A DNA stretch of 64,000 nt, from assembly GCA_965207455.1 (NCBI GenBank), contig CBDBMJ010000001.1:1024001-1088000 (forward strand), read 5' to 3'. Positions 28,138 to 38,330 of the stretch are shown here, piece after piece (position 1 is the stretch's first letter; each line of letters opens with the position of its first letter). Origin of the DNA: Bdellovibrionota bacterium. GTDB taxonomy: Bacteria; Bdellovibrionota; UBA1018; CAIPTA01; JAALKR01. A program made the translations under genes and the position numbers. Under the pieces are notes generated by a model, which saw nothing but the letters and a program-made list of their open reading frames with translations, did no database searches and was not told where the DNA came from.

Positions 28138-29254
28138 ATTAGCTCAATCCATCTGTGAGTCCATGTTAAAAGACTTGGAGAACTCCAAGCGTCCCGTGCT
28201 AAAAGCCATAAAATGTGCTCTTGATAATTGCGTCTACGATGCCAAGGTAGGTTACCTCACCCCTGGAGGTAAGAAAGTACAAACGGAGCTCAATGTATCC
28301 TCTGTACAAAAAATGTCTCGCATGGTTTTTCTCCTAGAGATTTTACTACGCAATATCAGCGTTGCTGGAGTAAACACAAAACGTGAAATTTATTATATTG
28401 CCAAAGGTTTTATACGATCACAGGCAATGTATAAACCATTAGATTTTGAGGATCAGGTGGAAAGTGATGCCATTATTGATTTCATTTGCGACATGATGGA
28501 AATATACCGCGAAGAACTCAACTGCTTTGCCAACGACCGTGGAGGGCAAACCTACTCCCAGCAGCTCATTGTAGTGGAGACTTTATTAGATAAAACAAAA
28601 GCCACCATCGACCTTTCCTCCCTGGGAACCTCTCCCTTTCAGCCAAAGAATAAACCCCAGTCCTTACAGCTAAAAATGAAACAGAAAATAGACTTTTGTC
28701 TAGTGATGGAATCCGAGGGCACTGCCAACACTCTCGCTGCCAACGGGTTTACTAAAAGAAATAAATGCATTCTTGTGGGTGCCCAAGGAGTGCCCAGCAA
28801 TGCGGTTCGAGGATGGATTAAACTCATTCAAGATCAACTGAAAATTCCAATTTTTTTCTGCGGAGACCTGGACGCCTATACCTTGCAAAATATTTACCGA
28901 ACCCTAAAAGCTGGCTCTGCTGCTAGCTTGATTCGTAATAGCGATTTCTCTGCTCCTAAGGTACATTTTCTAGGCGTACTACCTGAAGATGTAAAGAAAT
29001 ACGATCTCTATTGCTATTCAGTGGGTGGAAAAGACAAAGGCGAACTACGATCATTGAAAAAAGCAAGAGATGCACTAGCCAACGATCCATTTTTTCAAGA
29101 TAAAAATAATAAAAAATTAGCCTCCATATTAAAATGGCTTATTACAAATAAAAAACGTTGTGAGCAACAGGCGTTTTACTCCATAAATCCCAGAGACCCT
29201 CAAATGTTTGAGAAAATATTAGTACAAAAAATTAAAAATAAGTCTTATATATAA
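28094..29254 (+). CDS. top6A: DNA topoisomerase VI subunit A (Spo11-like)
   Basis: TKREIYY (catalytic Tyr), TOPRIM VMESEG, QGVPS, GDLDAY. ATG 28094 overlaps the top6B end. Confidence 0.93.
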   Translation: MALLKVRKLEKDIPKLAQSICESMLKDLENSKRPVLKAIKCALDNCVYDAKVGYLTPGGKKVQTELNVSSVQKMSRMVFLLEILLRNISVAGVNTKREIYYIAKGFIRSQAMYKPLDFEDQVESDAIIDFICDMMEIYREELNCFANDRGGQTYSQQLIVVETLLDKTKATIDLSSLGTSPFQPKNKPQSLQLKMKQKIDFCLVMESEGTANTLAANGFTKRNKCILVGAQGVPSNAVRGWIKLIQDQLKIPIFFCGDLDAYTLQNIYRTLKAGSAASLIRNSDFSAPKVHFLGVLPEDVKKYDLYCYSVGGKDKGELRSLKKARDALANDPFFQDKNNKKLASILKWLITNKKRCEQQAFYSINPRDPQMFEKILVQKIKNKSYI

Positions 29255-29271
29255 GACTAAAAATTAGAGAA

Positions 29272-29745
29272 TCAGCCAACTTTAGGGCGCACATGCTCCT
29301 TCACATACTGTACAATGGTATCCATGGACGTACCTGGAGTGAAAACTATACTCACACCATGTTTTTTTAAATTGGAAAAATCATCAGTGGGAATAATCCC
29401 TCCCACAATTAAAAGAATATCTTTTTTAAGAATAATACCTCTTTCTGCTAATTTTTTAGAAATTTCTGGAACTAAATAGTTATGGGCTCCAGATAATATG
29501 GAGAGACCAAGCACGTCCACATCCTCTTGAATAGCCGTATTCACCACCATATCTGCTGTTTGGTGCAATCCCGTATATACCACCTCAAACCCAGCATCAC
29601 GAAAGGCACGGGCAATAATTTTAGCTCCCCGGTCATGACCATCTAAACCCACTTTACCAATAAGCACACGAATTTCCGATCGTTCAGGATAGATAATATC
29701 CCCATCATTAAAAATTTCTTTCTTATTTTTTTCTGAGTTAGTCAT
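29272..29745 (-). CDS. icmB: B12-binding small subunit of acyl-CoA mutase (IcmB-like)
   Basis: KVGLDGHDRG, GLSILSGAH, VGGIIP. Confidence 0.85.
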   Translation of the reverse strand: MTNSEKNKKEIFNDGDIIYPERSEIRVLIGKVGLDGHDRGAKIIARAFRDAGFEVVYTGLHQTADMVVNTAIQEDVDVLGLSILSGAHNYLVPEISKKLAERGIILKKDILLIVGGIIPTDDFSNLKKHGVSIVFTPGTSMDTIVQYVKEHVRPKVG

Positions 29746-29763
29746 ACAATACCTTTCCAATAA

Positions 29764-31425
29764 TTAAAAGTTAGCGGGCTCAGAGTACGTTCCAAATTCT
29801 TCTCGAAAGATGTCGCAAATTTCTCCAAGGCTTGCATACTCTTTCACTGCATCGATGAGACTGGGAATAACATTTTCTCCAGAACAACAGGCTTGCCGTA
29901 CATTTTTCAACCTTTTATTTAACTCCGTTTTATTACGACCCGCCATTATTTTCCTCACATCCTCCACTTGTTTTTGTTCTAAGTTGCTATCAATCACCAA
30001 AACAGGTATTTCATCTTTCAAACCCTCATCAACATATTGATTCACACCCACAATGATTTTTTCTTTTCTATCCAATTGTTTTTGGTAATGGTAGGCTGCT
30101 TGAGCAATTTCATTTTGAGGAAAGCCTTCATGAATTGCTGCGATCATACCACCCATCTCATCCAGTTTGTTAATATACTCCAATGCCTCTTTTTCCACCT
30201 TATTTGTCATATCTTCCACAAACCAGGATCCTCCCAAAGGATCCACCGTATTAATAATTCCACTTTCCTCTGCAATGATTTGCTGAGTACGCAAGGCAAC
30301 TTTTACTGCTTGCTCCGTGGGAAGGGATAGAGTTTCATCCATGGAGTTAGTGTGTAGAGAGTTTGTGCCCCCTAGAACGGCTGCCAGAGCTTGCATAGTT
30401 ACTCTAGCCACATTGTTCATGGGTTGCTGAGCAGTCAAAGATACTCCAGCCGTCTGGGCATGGGTTCGCAACATCATGGACTTGGTGTCTTTGGCATTAA
30501 AACGCTCCTTCATTATTCGAGCCCAAATTCTTCGAGCTGCACGAAATTTAGCAATCTCTTCAAAAAAATCGTTATGTACGTCGAAGAAAAAACTTAATCG
30601 AGGGGCAAAAGAATCCACGTCTAAACCACGCTTTATGGCATCCTCCACGTATGTAATACCATTATATAGGGTAAAAGCTAATTCTTGAACAGCAGTCGCC
30701 CCAGCTTCCCGAATGTGGTAACCAGAAATGGAAATACTATTCCAACGGGGAAGTTCCTTTGTGGAAAACTCCACAAGATCCGTCACTAATTTTAAACTCG
30801 GCTCTGGTGGACAAATCCATTCCTTCTGAGCAATAAATTCCTTGAGCATGTCTGCTTGAATGGTGCCGCCCAGTTTATTTCGAGGAACTCCTCTGTTATC
30901 TGCCATGGCTACATACATGGCCAGTAATATAACTGCTGGCGCGTTGATGGTCATGGATGTGGTTACTTCTCCTAGAGGTACTTTGTGGAAAAGAATTTCC
31001 ATATCAGCTAGTGTGGAAACATTTACTCCCTCACGACCTACTTCTCCCTTGGCTAATTCATGGGTGGCATCATAGCCCATCAGCGTTGGCATATCAAAAG
31101 CAGTAGATAGGCCCATTGTTCCCTGAGATAATAAATAATGGAAACGCTTGTTGGTATCTTTGGGAGAACCAAAACCTGCAAATTGTCGCATGGTCCACTT
31201 TCGTCCACGGTACATATCGGGCTGCACTCCACGGGTAAAGGGATATTGACCAGGATAACCAATGTCTTCTGCCACATCTGTTTGAGAAATATTCTCATCG
31301 GTAGCAACGGTGGCAACCTCCATGTCTGAAATAGTTGTGAATTTTTTTCCTTCATAGATCTTTTTATTTTTCAATATGTGGGGCTCAAGAACTTCCTTGC
31401 GCCACTTACGTTCTTCTTCCATCAT
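29764..31425 (-). CDS. icmA: Acyl-CoA mutase large subunit, isobutyryl-CoA mutase type
   Basis: PGQYPFTRG, WTMRQFAGF (Phe), KEFIAQKEW (Gln), SISGYHIREAG. Confidence 0.8.
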   Translation of the reverse strand: MMEEERKWRKEVLEPHILKNKKIYEGKKFTTISDMEVATVATDENISQTDVAEDIGYPGQYPFTRGVQPDMYRGRKWTMRQFAGFGSPKDTNKRFHYLLSQGTMGLSTAFDMPTLMGYDATHELAKGEVGREGVNVSTLADMEILFHKVPLGEVTTSMTINAPAVILLAMYVAMADNRGVPRNKLGGTIQADMLKEFIAQKEWICPPEPSLKLVTDLVEFSTKELPRWNSISISGYHIREAGATAVQELAFTLYNGITYVEDAIKRGLDVDSFAPRLSFFFDVHNDFFEEIAKFRAARRIWARIMKERFNAKDTKSMMLRTHAQTAGVSLTAQQPMNNVARVTMQALAAVLGGTNSLHTNSMDETLSLPTEQAVKVALRTQQIIAEESGIINTVDPLGGSWFVEDMTNKVEKEALEYINKLDEMGGMIAAIHEGFPQNEIAQAAYHYQKQLDRKEKIIVGVNQYVDEGLKDEIPVLVIDSNLEQKQVEDVRKIMAGRNKTELNKRLKNVRQACCSGENVIPSLIDAVKEYASLGEICDIFREEFGTYSEPANF

Positions 31426-31433
31426 AAACCTCC

Positions 31434-32573
31434 CTAATCCTTCAATTCAAAAGCAGCTATTACCATTCGTTGTACCTCACTGGTACCTTCGTAAATTTCA
31501 GTAATACGCTGATCTCGATAATAACGTTCCACGGGATATTCTTTACAAAATCCATACCCTCCATGAAGTTGCAATGCCTTGTCTGTAATAAAATTCGCTG
31601 ACTCCGAGGCATAAAGTTTAGCCATGGCAGCCTCTTTGGTAAAGTTCTTTCCCTGATCTTGCAGACTAGCTGCTTTCCATACCAAAAGACGGGAAGCTTC
31701 CAAACGAACCGCCATATCCGCAATCATAAATCGAGGCACTTGGTGCTCCCCTATTGCCTTCCCAAATACTTCCCTTTCTTTTATAAATTTCTTTGCTGCC
31801 TCCAAAGCAGCCCGGGCAATACCCAAAGCCTGAGCTCCAATACCTACACGACCAGTATCCAGCACAGCCATGGCAATTTTAAAACCCATGCCTTCCTTTC
31901 CCAACAAAGCCTTTTTGGGAACTTTTACATTTTCAAAAATCAACTGAGAGGTACTGCTCCCCCGAATACCTAATTTTTTTTCCAATTTACCCACACTTAA
32001 ACCATCAGTGGGCTTTTCCACAATAAAAGCACTCACACTCTTATGACCCTTAGAACGATCGTTTGTGGCAAATAAAATAACAATACTAGATTCTGGACCT
32101 GAAGTTATAAAGTTCTTTGTACCGTTGATAAGGAAATGATCCCCCTTATCTTCATACATACAAGCCAAGGCTCCAGCATCACTACCACTCACTGGCTCTG
32201 ATAAGGCAAAGGATCCAATTTTTTTCCCACTTGCCATGTCAGGAAGGTATTTCTTTTTCTGAACTTCTGTACCAAAGAGCTTAATGGAACCACAGCCTAA
32301 ACTGTTGTGGGCACTGAAAATTACTCCCGTGGATGCACAAACTGCATTTATTTCCTCACCAATGACCGCATAGGAAAGATAGTCCATACCCGATCCACCA
32401 TACTCTTCAGGAACACAAACTCCCATCAAACCCATCTCACCCAATTGACGAATAATGTCCTTAGGAAACTTAGCTTTGTCGTCTATTTCTGCTGCCTTTG
32501 GAGAAATTTCTTTTTGAGCAAAAGCTGCCACTTGTGTGCAAATCATTTCTTGTTCTTCTGTGAGTGTTATCAT
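31434..32573 (-). CDS. Short-chain acyl-CoA dehydrogenase
   Basis: FALSEPVSGSD, NGTKNFITS, KLGIRGS, HGGYG, EIYEGTSEVQR. Confidence 0.93.
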   Translation of the reverse strand: MITLTEEQEMICTQVAAFAQKEISPKAAEIDDKAKFPKDIIRQLGEMGLMGVCVPEEYGGSGMDYLSYAVIGEEINAVCASTGVIFSAHNSLGCGSIKLFGTEVQKKKYLPDMASGKKIGSFALSEPVSGSDAGALACMYEDKGDHFLINGTKNFITSGPESSIVILFATNDRSKGHKSVSAFIVEKPTDGLSVGKLEKKLGIRGSSTSQLIFENVKVPKKALLGKEGMGFKIAMAVLDTGRVGIGAQALGIARAALEAAKKFIKEREVFGKAIGEHQVPRFMIADMAVRLEASRLLVWKAASLQDQGKNFTKEAAMAKLYASESANFITDKALQLHGGYGFCKEYPVERYYRDQRITEIYEGTSEVQRMVIAAFELKD

Positions 32574-33370
32574 ACTTTTCTGGATCCTTTAAATTCTGGC
32601 TTTCTCTTTTCTAAAAATGCTCCCATACCTTCTTGCTGATCATGGGTTCCAAATAAACAACTAAAGGCTTTGGCCTCCTCTAAAAGTCCCTCTTTTATGG
32701 AAGCACCCATAGAGTAATGAATAGCTCTCTTGGATTGAGCTACTGCTAAGAGTGAGTTCTTTTGAATTTTTTTGGCCAAAGAATGGGCACGATCTAAAAG
32801 CTCACCTAAAGGAAACACTTCTAACACCAAACCATAGTCCTTTGCCTCCTGAGCACTTATTTTTTTACCCGTATAAATCCACTCACGGGCACGGCTCACC
32901 CCTATGGAACGAAACAAGCGAACACAACCCCCAAACCCGGGAATTACACCCAAAGCAACTTCTGGTTGACCAAACACTCCATTCTCAGAGGCTAGTATAA
33001 AATCACAAGCTAAAGCAAACTCGCACCCACCTCCCAATGCAAAACCATTTACTGCTCCAATAATCGGCTGAGGCAAACTCTCCATTTGCTGTGTTACAGA
33101 CTGACCCAAAGAAGCAAACTCCATTCCTGAAGCAGCATCCAAACTGCTCATTTCCTTAATATCCGCACCAGCAATAAAAGCCTTCTCTCCCATCCCTGTA
33201 AAAATAACTACTTCAATCTGTCCCTCTTGATCCTTGATATAATGAAACACTTCCTGTAGCTCTTTTAACGTCGCTCGGTTTAAAGCGTTTAATACTTTAG
33301 GACGATTTAACCAAAGTGTGGCCACTTTATCCCTTACCTCTAACTTTATATTTTCAAATACTGCTGCCAT
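32570..33370 (-). CDS. crt: Enoyl-CoA hydratase (crotonase)
   Basis: AFIAGADI, NGFALGGGCE, FGQPEV, PGFGG. Confidence 0.92.
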   Translation of the reverse strand: MAAVFENIKLEVRDKVATLWLNRPKVLNALNRATLKELQEVFHYIKDQEGQIEVVIFTGMGEKAFIAGADIKEMSSLDAASGMEFASLGQSVTQQMESLPQPIIGAVNGFALGGGCEFALACDFILASENGVFGQPEVALGVIPGFGGCVRLFRSIGVSRAREWIYTGKKISAQEAKDYGLVLEVFPLGELLDRAHSLAKKIQKNSLLAVAQSKRAIHYSMGASIKEGLLEEAKAFSCLFGTHDQQEGMGAFLEKRKPEFKGSRKV

Positions 33371-34248
33371 TAAAGGTTTCCCATATCAGCTACCACTGCC
33401 TGTCCAGAGCGATAGTCATAAAAGCCAAGACCCGACTTTTTCCCCACACACCCAGCACTCACATATTGCTTCAACAGCGGGCAAGGGCGATACTTGGTGT
33501 CCCCCAGACCCTCATGCAAAACTTCCATAATGGAAAGGCAGGTGTCTAAACCTATGAAGTCGGCTAGCGTAAGAGGACCCATGGGCTGGTTAGTACCTAG
33601 TTGCATGGCAGTGTCGATATTTTCCACCGTACCCACTCCCTCATACAAAGCATAAATGGCTTCATTGATCATCGGCATTAGAATACGGTTCACCATAAAA
33701 CCAGGAAAATCACGGGACTCCACAATCATTTTTCCCATGGCCTCTCCCACTTTTCTCATTTTGGAAACAGTGGAATCCGAAGTGCGAAGCCCACGAATTC
33801 CCTCTATTAACTTCATCACTGGCACGGGATTCATAAAATGCATTCCCACCACATTTCCCGGTCGACTTGTCTGTGCCCCAATGGCAGTAATGGAAATACT
33901 GGAAGTATTGGTGGCTAAAACCGCATGGGATGGCAACACCTTATCCAAATCTTGAAAAATTTTGTATTTTATTGTTTTATTTTCTGTGGCTGCCTCTATA
34001 GCAAAGTCCACGTCCCGAAACCCGTCCATGGAACCTGTGCGAATATTATTAAGAGCCACTTGCGCTTCAGAACTGGAAATCCTTCCTTTCTCCACACCAC
34101 GCTCAATAGATTTTCCTATTTTTGCCTTACCTTTTTCCGCTTGATCAGGAGAGGCATCTGCCAAAAGAACCCGAAATCCAGACAAGGCAGCCACTTGGGC
34201 AATTCCACTCCCCATCTGCCCCGCACCAACAATACCAATATGCTCCAT
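33370..34248 (-). CDS. hbd: 3-hydroxybutyryl-CoA dehydrogenase
   Basis: GAGQMGSGIAQ, IEAATE, NTSSISI, GMHFMNP, PMGPL. Confidence 0.93.
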   Translation of the reverse strand: MEHIGIVGAGQMGSGIAQVAALSGFRVLLADASPDQAEKGKAKIGKSIERGVEKGRISSSEAQVALNNIRTGSMDGFRDVDFAIEAATENKTIKYKIFQDLDKVLPSHAVLATNTSSISITAIGAQTSRPGNVVGMHFMNPVPVMKLIEGIRGLRTSDSTVSKMRKVGEAMGKMIVESRDFPGFMVNRILMPMINEAIYALYEGVGTVENIDTAMQLGTNQPMGPLTLADFIGLDTCLSIMEVLHEGLGDTKYRPCPLLKQYVSAGCVGKKSGLGFYDYRSGQAVVADMGNL

Positions 34249-34353
34249 AAAAACATTTCCTTCCTCATGCGAACTATAGTCCAAATGTACTTTGGCAGCA
34301 ACTTTCAAGCGAAATACTGCCACACGTTAGGTCTGACTGAGTTAGGTCTAACT

Positions 34354-35229
34354 TCAGTTAGCTTTGGGGTGGGTGATGCGATAGGCTTCTAGGAGTTCTG
34401 AAAGCTCAATATGGGTATACTTCTGAGTAGTGGAGAGGCTTTCATGTCCCAGTAGCTCTTGAATAAAACGTAAGTTGGCTCCATTGCTTAGTAAATGGGT
34501 AGCAAAGCTATGGCGAAGGGTATGGGGACTCGTGGAGGGAGGGAGACCTGTTTTCAAACAATAGTACTTGATCATTCGTCCCACACTGCGGGTGCTGAGA
34601 CGTGTGCCCATGGAGTTTAGAAAAAGTGCCGACACGGTAGCGGTTCGTTGGGCTAAATAAGCATCTATTGCCTCGCGTGCATTCTCTCCAAACACAACAA
34701 CACGCTCCTTCTTTCCCTTTCCCATGACCCGTACCGTACCACCAGGTCCCTGCCAACAAATATCCTCCCTATTCATGGCTACCAATTCACTGATTCGCAC
34801 ACCACTCGAGTATAACAACTCCACAATCGCCCTATCCCGTAAACCCTTCCTTGTATCAATATTAGGAGCTTCCAGGAGTTGTTCCACCTCGGAAACACTT
34901 AAAAAATTGGGCAAACGTTTTTCTTGTTTAGTGGTGGGGACGGTGGAGGAAATATCTCTTTCCACTTTTCCCATACGGTAGAGCCATCGAAAAAAACTGC
35001 GTATAGCGGAAAGCTTTCTTGCAATCGTTCTTCGAGAATTAGACTTATGGAGACAAGCTAGGTAGGTGCGAATTTCCAGAGGGCTAATATCCTCCACACA
35101 GAGGTCTTGGGGTAAATAGTTTAAAAAAAATTTTAAATCTGAAGCATAATTACGAATGGTATGAGAGGAAGAATCACGCTCTATCTCTAAATAACGTAGA
35201 AATTCCTCTGCTTCTTCTTTTGGGTCCAC
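34354..35229 (-). CDS. xerC: Tyrosine recombinase XerC-like
   Basis: R-K-H-R-H-Y residues in SGVRISE, GKGKKER, HTLRHSFATH, LGH, TQKY. Confidence 0.88.
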   Translation of the reverse strand: MDPKEEAEEFLRYLEIERDSSSHTIRNYASDLKFFLNYLPQDLCVEDISPLEIRTYLACLHKSNSRRTIARKLSAIRSFFRWLYRMGKVERDISSTVPTTKQEKRLPNFLSVSEVEQLLEAPNIDTRKGLRDRAIVELLYSSGVRISELVAMNREDICWQGPGGTVRVMGKGKKERVVVFGENAREAIDAYLAQRTATVSALFLNSMGTRLSTRSVGRMIKYYCLKTGLPPSTSPHTLRHSFATHLLSNGANLRFIQELLGHESLSTTQKYTHIELSELLEAYRITHPKAN

Positions 35230-35297
35230 TTTATTAGAATAAGGGAAAAAGAAATTTCAAGTCAAGTACAAGTAACATTGAATTATTCCCACAAACC

Positions 35298-36647
35298 ATG
35301 GTAAAAATACATATGCCAGATACAATTAAAAATATTATAAGTCGTGAAATACTGGATTCTAGGGGAAATCCCACCGTAGAGGTGGATGTGACACTGAAAA
35401 ATGGTTCCATGGGTCGCGCTGCTGTGCCAAGTGGTGCCTCCACTGGATCGAAGGAAGCACTGGAGCTAAGAGATAATTGCAATACTCGATATTTAGGAAA
35501 AGGTGTACAAAACGCAATTACGAATATCCAAGAAAAAATTGCTCCCAAGCTGGTGGGAAAAACCATGGACTCACTCCCTAAGTTAGATAAATATATGTGC
35601 AAACTAGATGGGACGAAAAAAAAATCTAATTTAGGAGCCAACGCAATTCTTGGCGTGTCCATGGCCCTAGCCCGTGCCGCAGCCATTAGTAAAAAACAAC
35701 CACTGTATACCTTTCTTAACAACCTCTATTATGATCAATACCAAAAAAAATCTAATCACCCAAGCAAACAAGGAACCACACTACCCACGCCCATGATGAA
35801 TATTTTAAATGGAGGAGAACATGCCGACAATTCTTTATCCATTCAAGAGTTTATGATTGTTCCTCAAATTTCAGATTCCTTTAAGGAATCTTTACGTTGT
35901 GGAGTGGAAGTTTTTCATCACCTAAAAAAATGCCTGCATAAGAATAATCTTTCCACTAATATCGGAGACGAGGGCGGGTTTGCTCCAAATATACAATCCA
36001 ACGAAGAGGCCTTTGAGCTGATTATCCAAGCTATCTCCTATGCTGGCTACCGCCCCGGTCAAGATGTATTCCTAGCCATTGATGCTGCTGCCACCGAATT
36101 CCAAACCTCTACCGACACCTACGAAATGTCTGGAGCCCCAACTCCTAAAATGAATTCCCAAGAATTAATTCATTACTACTCCAAACTCTGTAGCCAATAT
36201 CCATTGATTTCCATCGAGGACGGACTGGGTGAAAATGACTGGGAAGGCTGGAAACAACTCACCCAAAAACAGGGCAAAAACACCACCCTCATTGGAGACG
36301 ACATTTTTGTAACCAATGTGGAGATTTTGAAAAAAGGTATTAAAGAAAAAATAGGAAACGCCATCCTCATCAAACTCAACCAAATCGGAACAGTGAGTGA
36401 AACACTGGAAACCATCGCGTTTGCCCAAACCCATGGATATAATACAATTATATCCCACCGGAGTGGTGAAACAGAGGATACTTTTTTAGCGGACTTGGCA
36501 GTAGCAACGGATGCAGGCCTTATTAAAACGGGCTCCGCTTCTCGCAGCGACCGCATGGCAAAATACAATCAACTACTACGGATCGAAGAAAGCTTGGGAA
36601 AAAATGCTCATTTTCTAGGCTTGCAGGCGTTTGGGAATAAATTATGA
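35298..36647 (+). CDS. eno: Enolase
   Basis: EILDSRGNPTVE, VPSGASTG, GDEGGFAP, SHRSGETED. Confidence 0.98.
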   Translation: MVKIHMPDTIKNIISREILDSRGNPTVEVDVTLKNGSMGRAAVPSGASTGSKEALELRDNCNTRYLGKGVQNAITNIQEKIAPKLVGKTMDSLPKLDKYMCKLDGTKKKSNLGANAILGVSMALARAAAISKKQPLYTFLNNLYYDQYQKKSNHPSKQGTTLPTPMMNILNGGEHADNSLSIQEFMIVPQISDSFKESLRCGVEVFHHLKKCLHKNNLSTNIGDEGGFAPNIQSNEEAFELIIQAISYAGYRPGQDVFLAIDAAATEFQTSTDTYEMSGAPTPKMNSQELIHYYSKLCSQYPLISIEDGLGENDWEGWKQLTQKQGKNTTLIGDDIFVTNVEILKKGIKEKIGNAILIKLNQIGTVSETLETIAFAQTHGYNTIISHRSGETEDTFLADLAVATDAGLIKTGSASRSDRMAKYNQLLRIEESLGKNAHFLGLQAFGNKL

Positions 36648-36898
36648 AGATCAGCTTTCTATTTGCTTTTTTTGTCTCCTTTGGCGTTATAATTTTTGGA
36701 AAAGTGGGACTGGTATCAGCCTATAAAAAAAGCCAGGAACTCTCCCACCTAAACACACGCATCAGTCGCATAGAAAAAAAGAATACAGTCTTGCGAGAAA
36801 AAATACAGAATATAAAAAACCCCGAGTCCTTGGAATATGTGATCCGAAAGCGCTTGCCCCTAGTAAAGGAAGATGAACTGCTATTTGAGTTTAAATAA
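36644..36898 (+). CDS. ftsB: Septum formation initiator (FtsB/DivIC)
   Basis: TM helix, coiled coil, LEYVIRKRLPLVKEDE. Conserved position after eno. Confidence 0.8.
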   Translation: MKISFLFAFFVSFGVIIFGKVGLVSAYKKSQELSHLNTRISRIEKKNTVLREKIQNIKNPESLEYVIRKRLPLVKEDELLFEFK

Positions 36899-36914
36899 CC
36901 TTTCTAGAGCCCGT

Positions 36915-37135
36915 TGTAGGCGAGGATAAAGCCTCCTAGCAACCTCTGATTGCGTTATCAGCCCCAGCGCAATGTCCCGCATTGCCTTCTCCCTATCTCT
37001 GACTTTTTTTGTCATTTTAATCACCTTCTCCATTTGATGCGCCTCCCTATTAAGTTGTTAATAATAAAGAAGATTATACACCGTGGTGTGATCTTTCCTT
37101 TTGCTAAGGTGTGATCTTTTAGTTTTGCCCCTACA
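36915..37135 (-). mobile_element. IS1202/ISNCY-like left-end remnant, possible MITE (copy 4)
   Basis: Same end and repeats as 16731..16935. Stub MEKVIKMTKKVRDREKAMRDIALGLITQSEVARRL. Bounded by TGTAGG...CCTACA. Confidence 0.7.
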
Positions 37136-37265
37136 TTTTTTTATTTACATCCCTATTAAAAAAATAATCTGCCTTTAGTTGGCTGCTTAAAGCTATCGAG
37201 AGCAAAATACCCGATCTTCTCAATTAAATATTCCCATGTGGAGGTATTTTTGCTAAGTAGTTATA

Positions 37266-38330
37266 GTGCATCAGCCCATATCCATCTCAGGACTCACCCT
37301 AGCGGACTTAACAAAAAAACTACAGCAGGTGGGTAAGGAAGAGTACCGAGCCAAGCAGATTTTCTCTTGGATCTACAAACACAGGGTGCAGTCTTTTGAG
37401 GAAATGACTAATCTTTCCCGTTCCTTTCGAGCCTACTTGGAGGAGAACTTTTATATTTCTCGCTTGGAGAAGATCAGTGAGGAGAATTCCCCTAAAGACG
37501 GGTCCAAAAAGTTTTTGTTTCGTTTAGAGGACGGAAAAACCGTGGAAACGGTGCTATTGCCGCAAAATGGTCGTCTTACCCAGTGTGTGTCCAGTCAAGT
37601 GGGCTGTGCCATGGCTTGCAATTTCTGCAATACGGGCGACATGGGACTCCTACGCAACCTCAAGACCCATGAAATCATCGATCAGGTACTGGAAGCTTCT
37701 CGACAGGTTGGCGATATGGAGGCAACAATGGGAAACAGGCTTTCCAATATTGTGTACATGGGTATGGGAGAGCCTCTCCATAATATAAACCCAGTGGTGA
37801 GTTCCGTTTCCATTCTTACCCACGATTTTGGTTTTGGTATTTCCAAAAGAAAAATCACTGTGTCCACTAGCGGGCTGGTCACAAAAATGAAAGAATTTGG
37901 AAAAAGGTGTGACGCCAACCTAGCCGTGTCCCTAAACGCCACCACCGACGAAGTACGCACAAAAATCATGCCCATTAATAAGCGCTGGCCCATTTCCAGT
38001 TTGCTGGAGGCTTGTCGCAATTATCCCCTAACCTCCCGAAGGAGAATTACTTTTGAATACGTTATGCTTAAAGGAGTGAACGATACTATGGAGGATGCCA
38101 AACGACTCCCGCTCTTACTCCAAGGAATTCCAGCTAAAATAAACCTAATCCCCTATAACCCTCACCCAGCTAGTACCTATGAACGTCCCTTATTGAGTAA
38201 TGTGAAAAAGTTCCAACGCTATTTGTTGGACAAGGGAATGAACGCCACCATTCGTATCTCCAAGGGACGGGATATTTTAGCTGCCTGCGGACAGCTACGA
38301 ACGGAATCGCTATCTTCCAAGACACCCTGA
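37266..38330 (+). CDS. rlmN: 23S rRNA/tRNA m2A methyltransferase
   Basis: CVSSQVGCAMACNFC, MGMGEP, ILAACGQL. Confidence 0.96.
   Translation: MHQPISISGLTLADLTKKLQQVGKEEYRAKQIFSWIYKHRVQSFEEMTNLSRSFRAYLEENFYISRLEKISEENSPKDGSKKFLFRLEDGKTVETVLLPQNGRLTQCVSSQVGCAMACNFCNTGDMGLLRNLKTHEIIDQVLEASRQVGDMEATMGNRLSNIVYMGMGEPLHNINPVVSSVSILTHDFGFGISKRKITVSTSGLVTKMKEFGKRCDANLAVSLNATTDEVRTKIMPINKRWPISSLLEACRNYPLTSRRRITFEYVMLKGVNDTMEDAKRLPLLLQGIPAKINLIPYNPHPASTYERPLLSNVKKFQRYLLDKGMNATIRISKGRDILAACGQLRTESLSSKTP

Noticed and set aside
29764..31425. Methylmalonyl-CoA mutase annotation
   Set aside because: Specificity residues are Phe/Gln (ICM type), not Tyr/Arg.
34326..34362. GTTAGGT direct repeats and GTCTAAC beside a tyrosine recombinase, suggesting an integron attI site
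   Set aside because: The motif is at the 3' end of the gene. The 291-aa protein looks like XerC without the IntI-specific insertion, and no attC-bounded cassettes follow.
35234..35722. Antisense ORFs over eno, clpX, infB, mvaA and similar genes
   Set aside because: They fully overlap well-supported genes on the opposite strand and show no motifs of their own.
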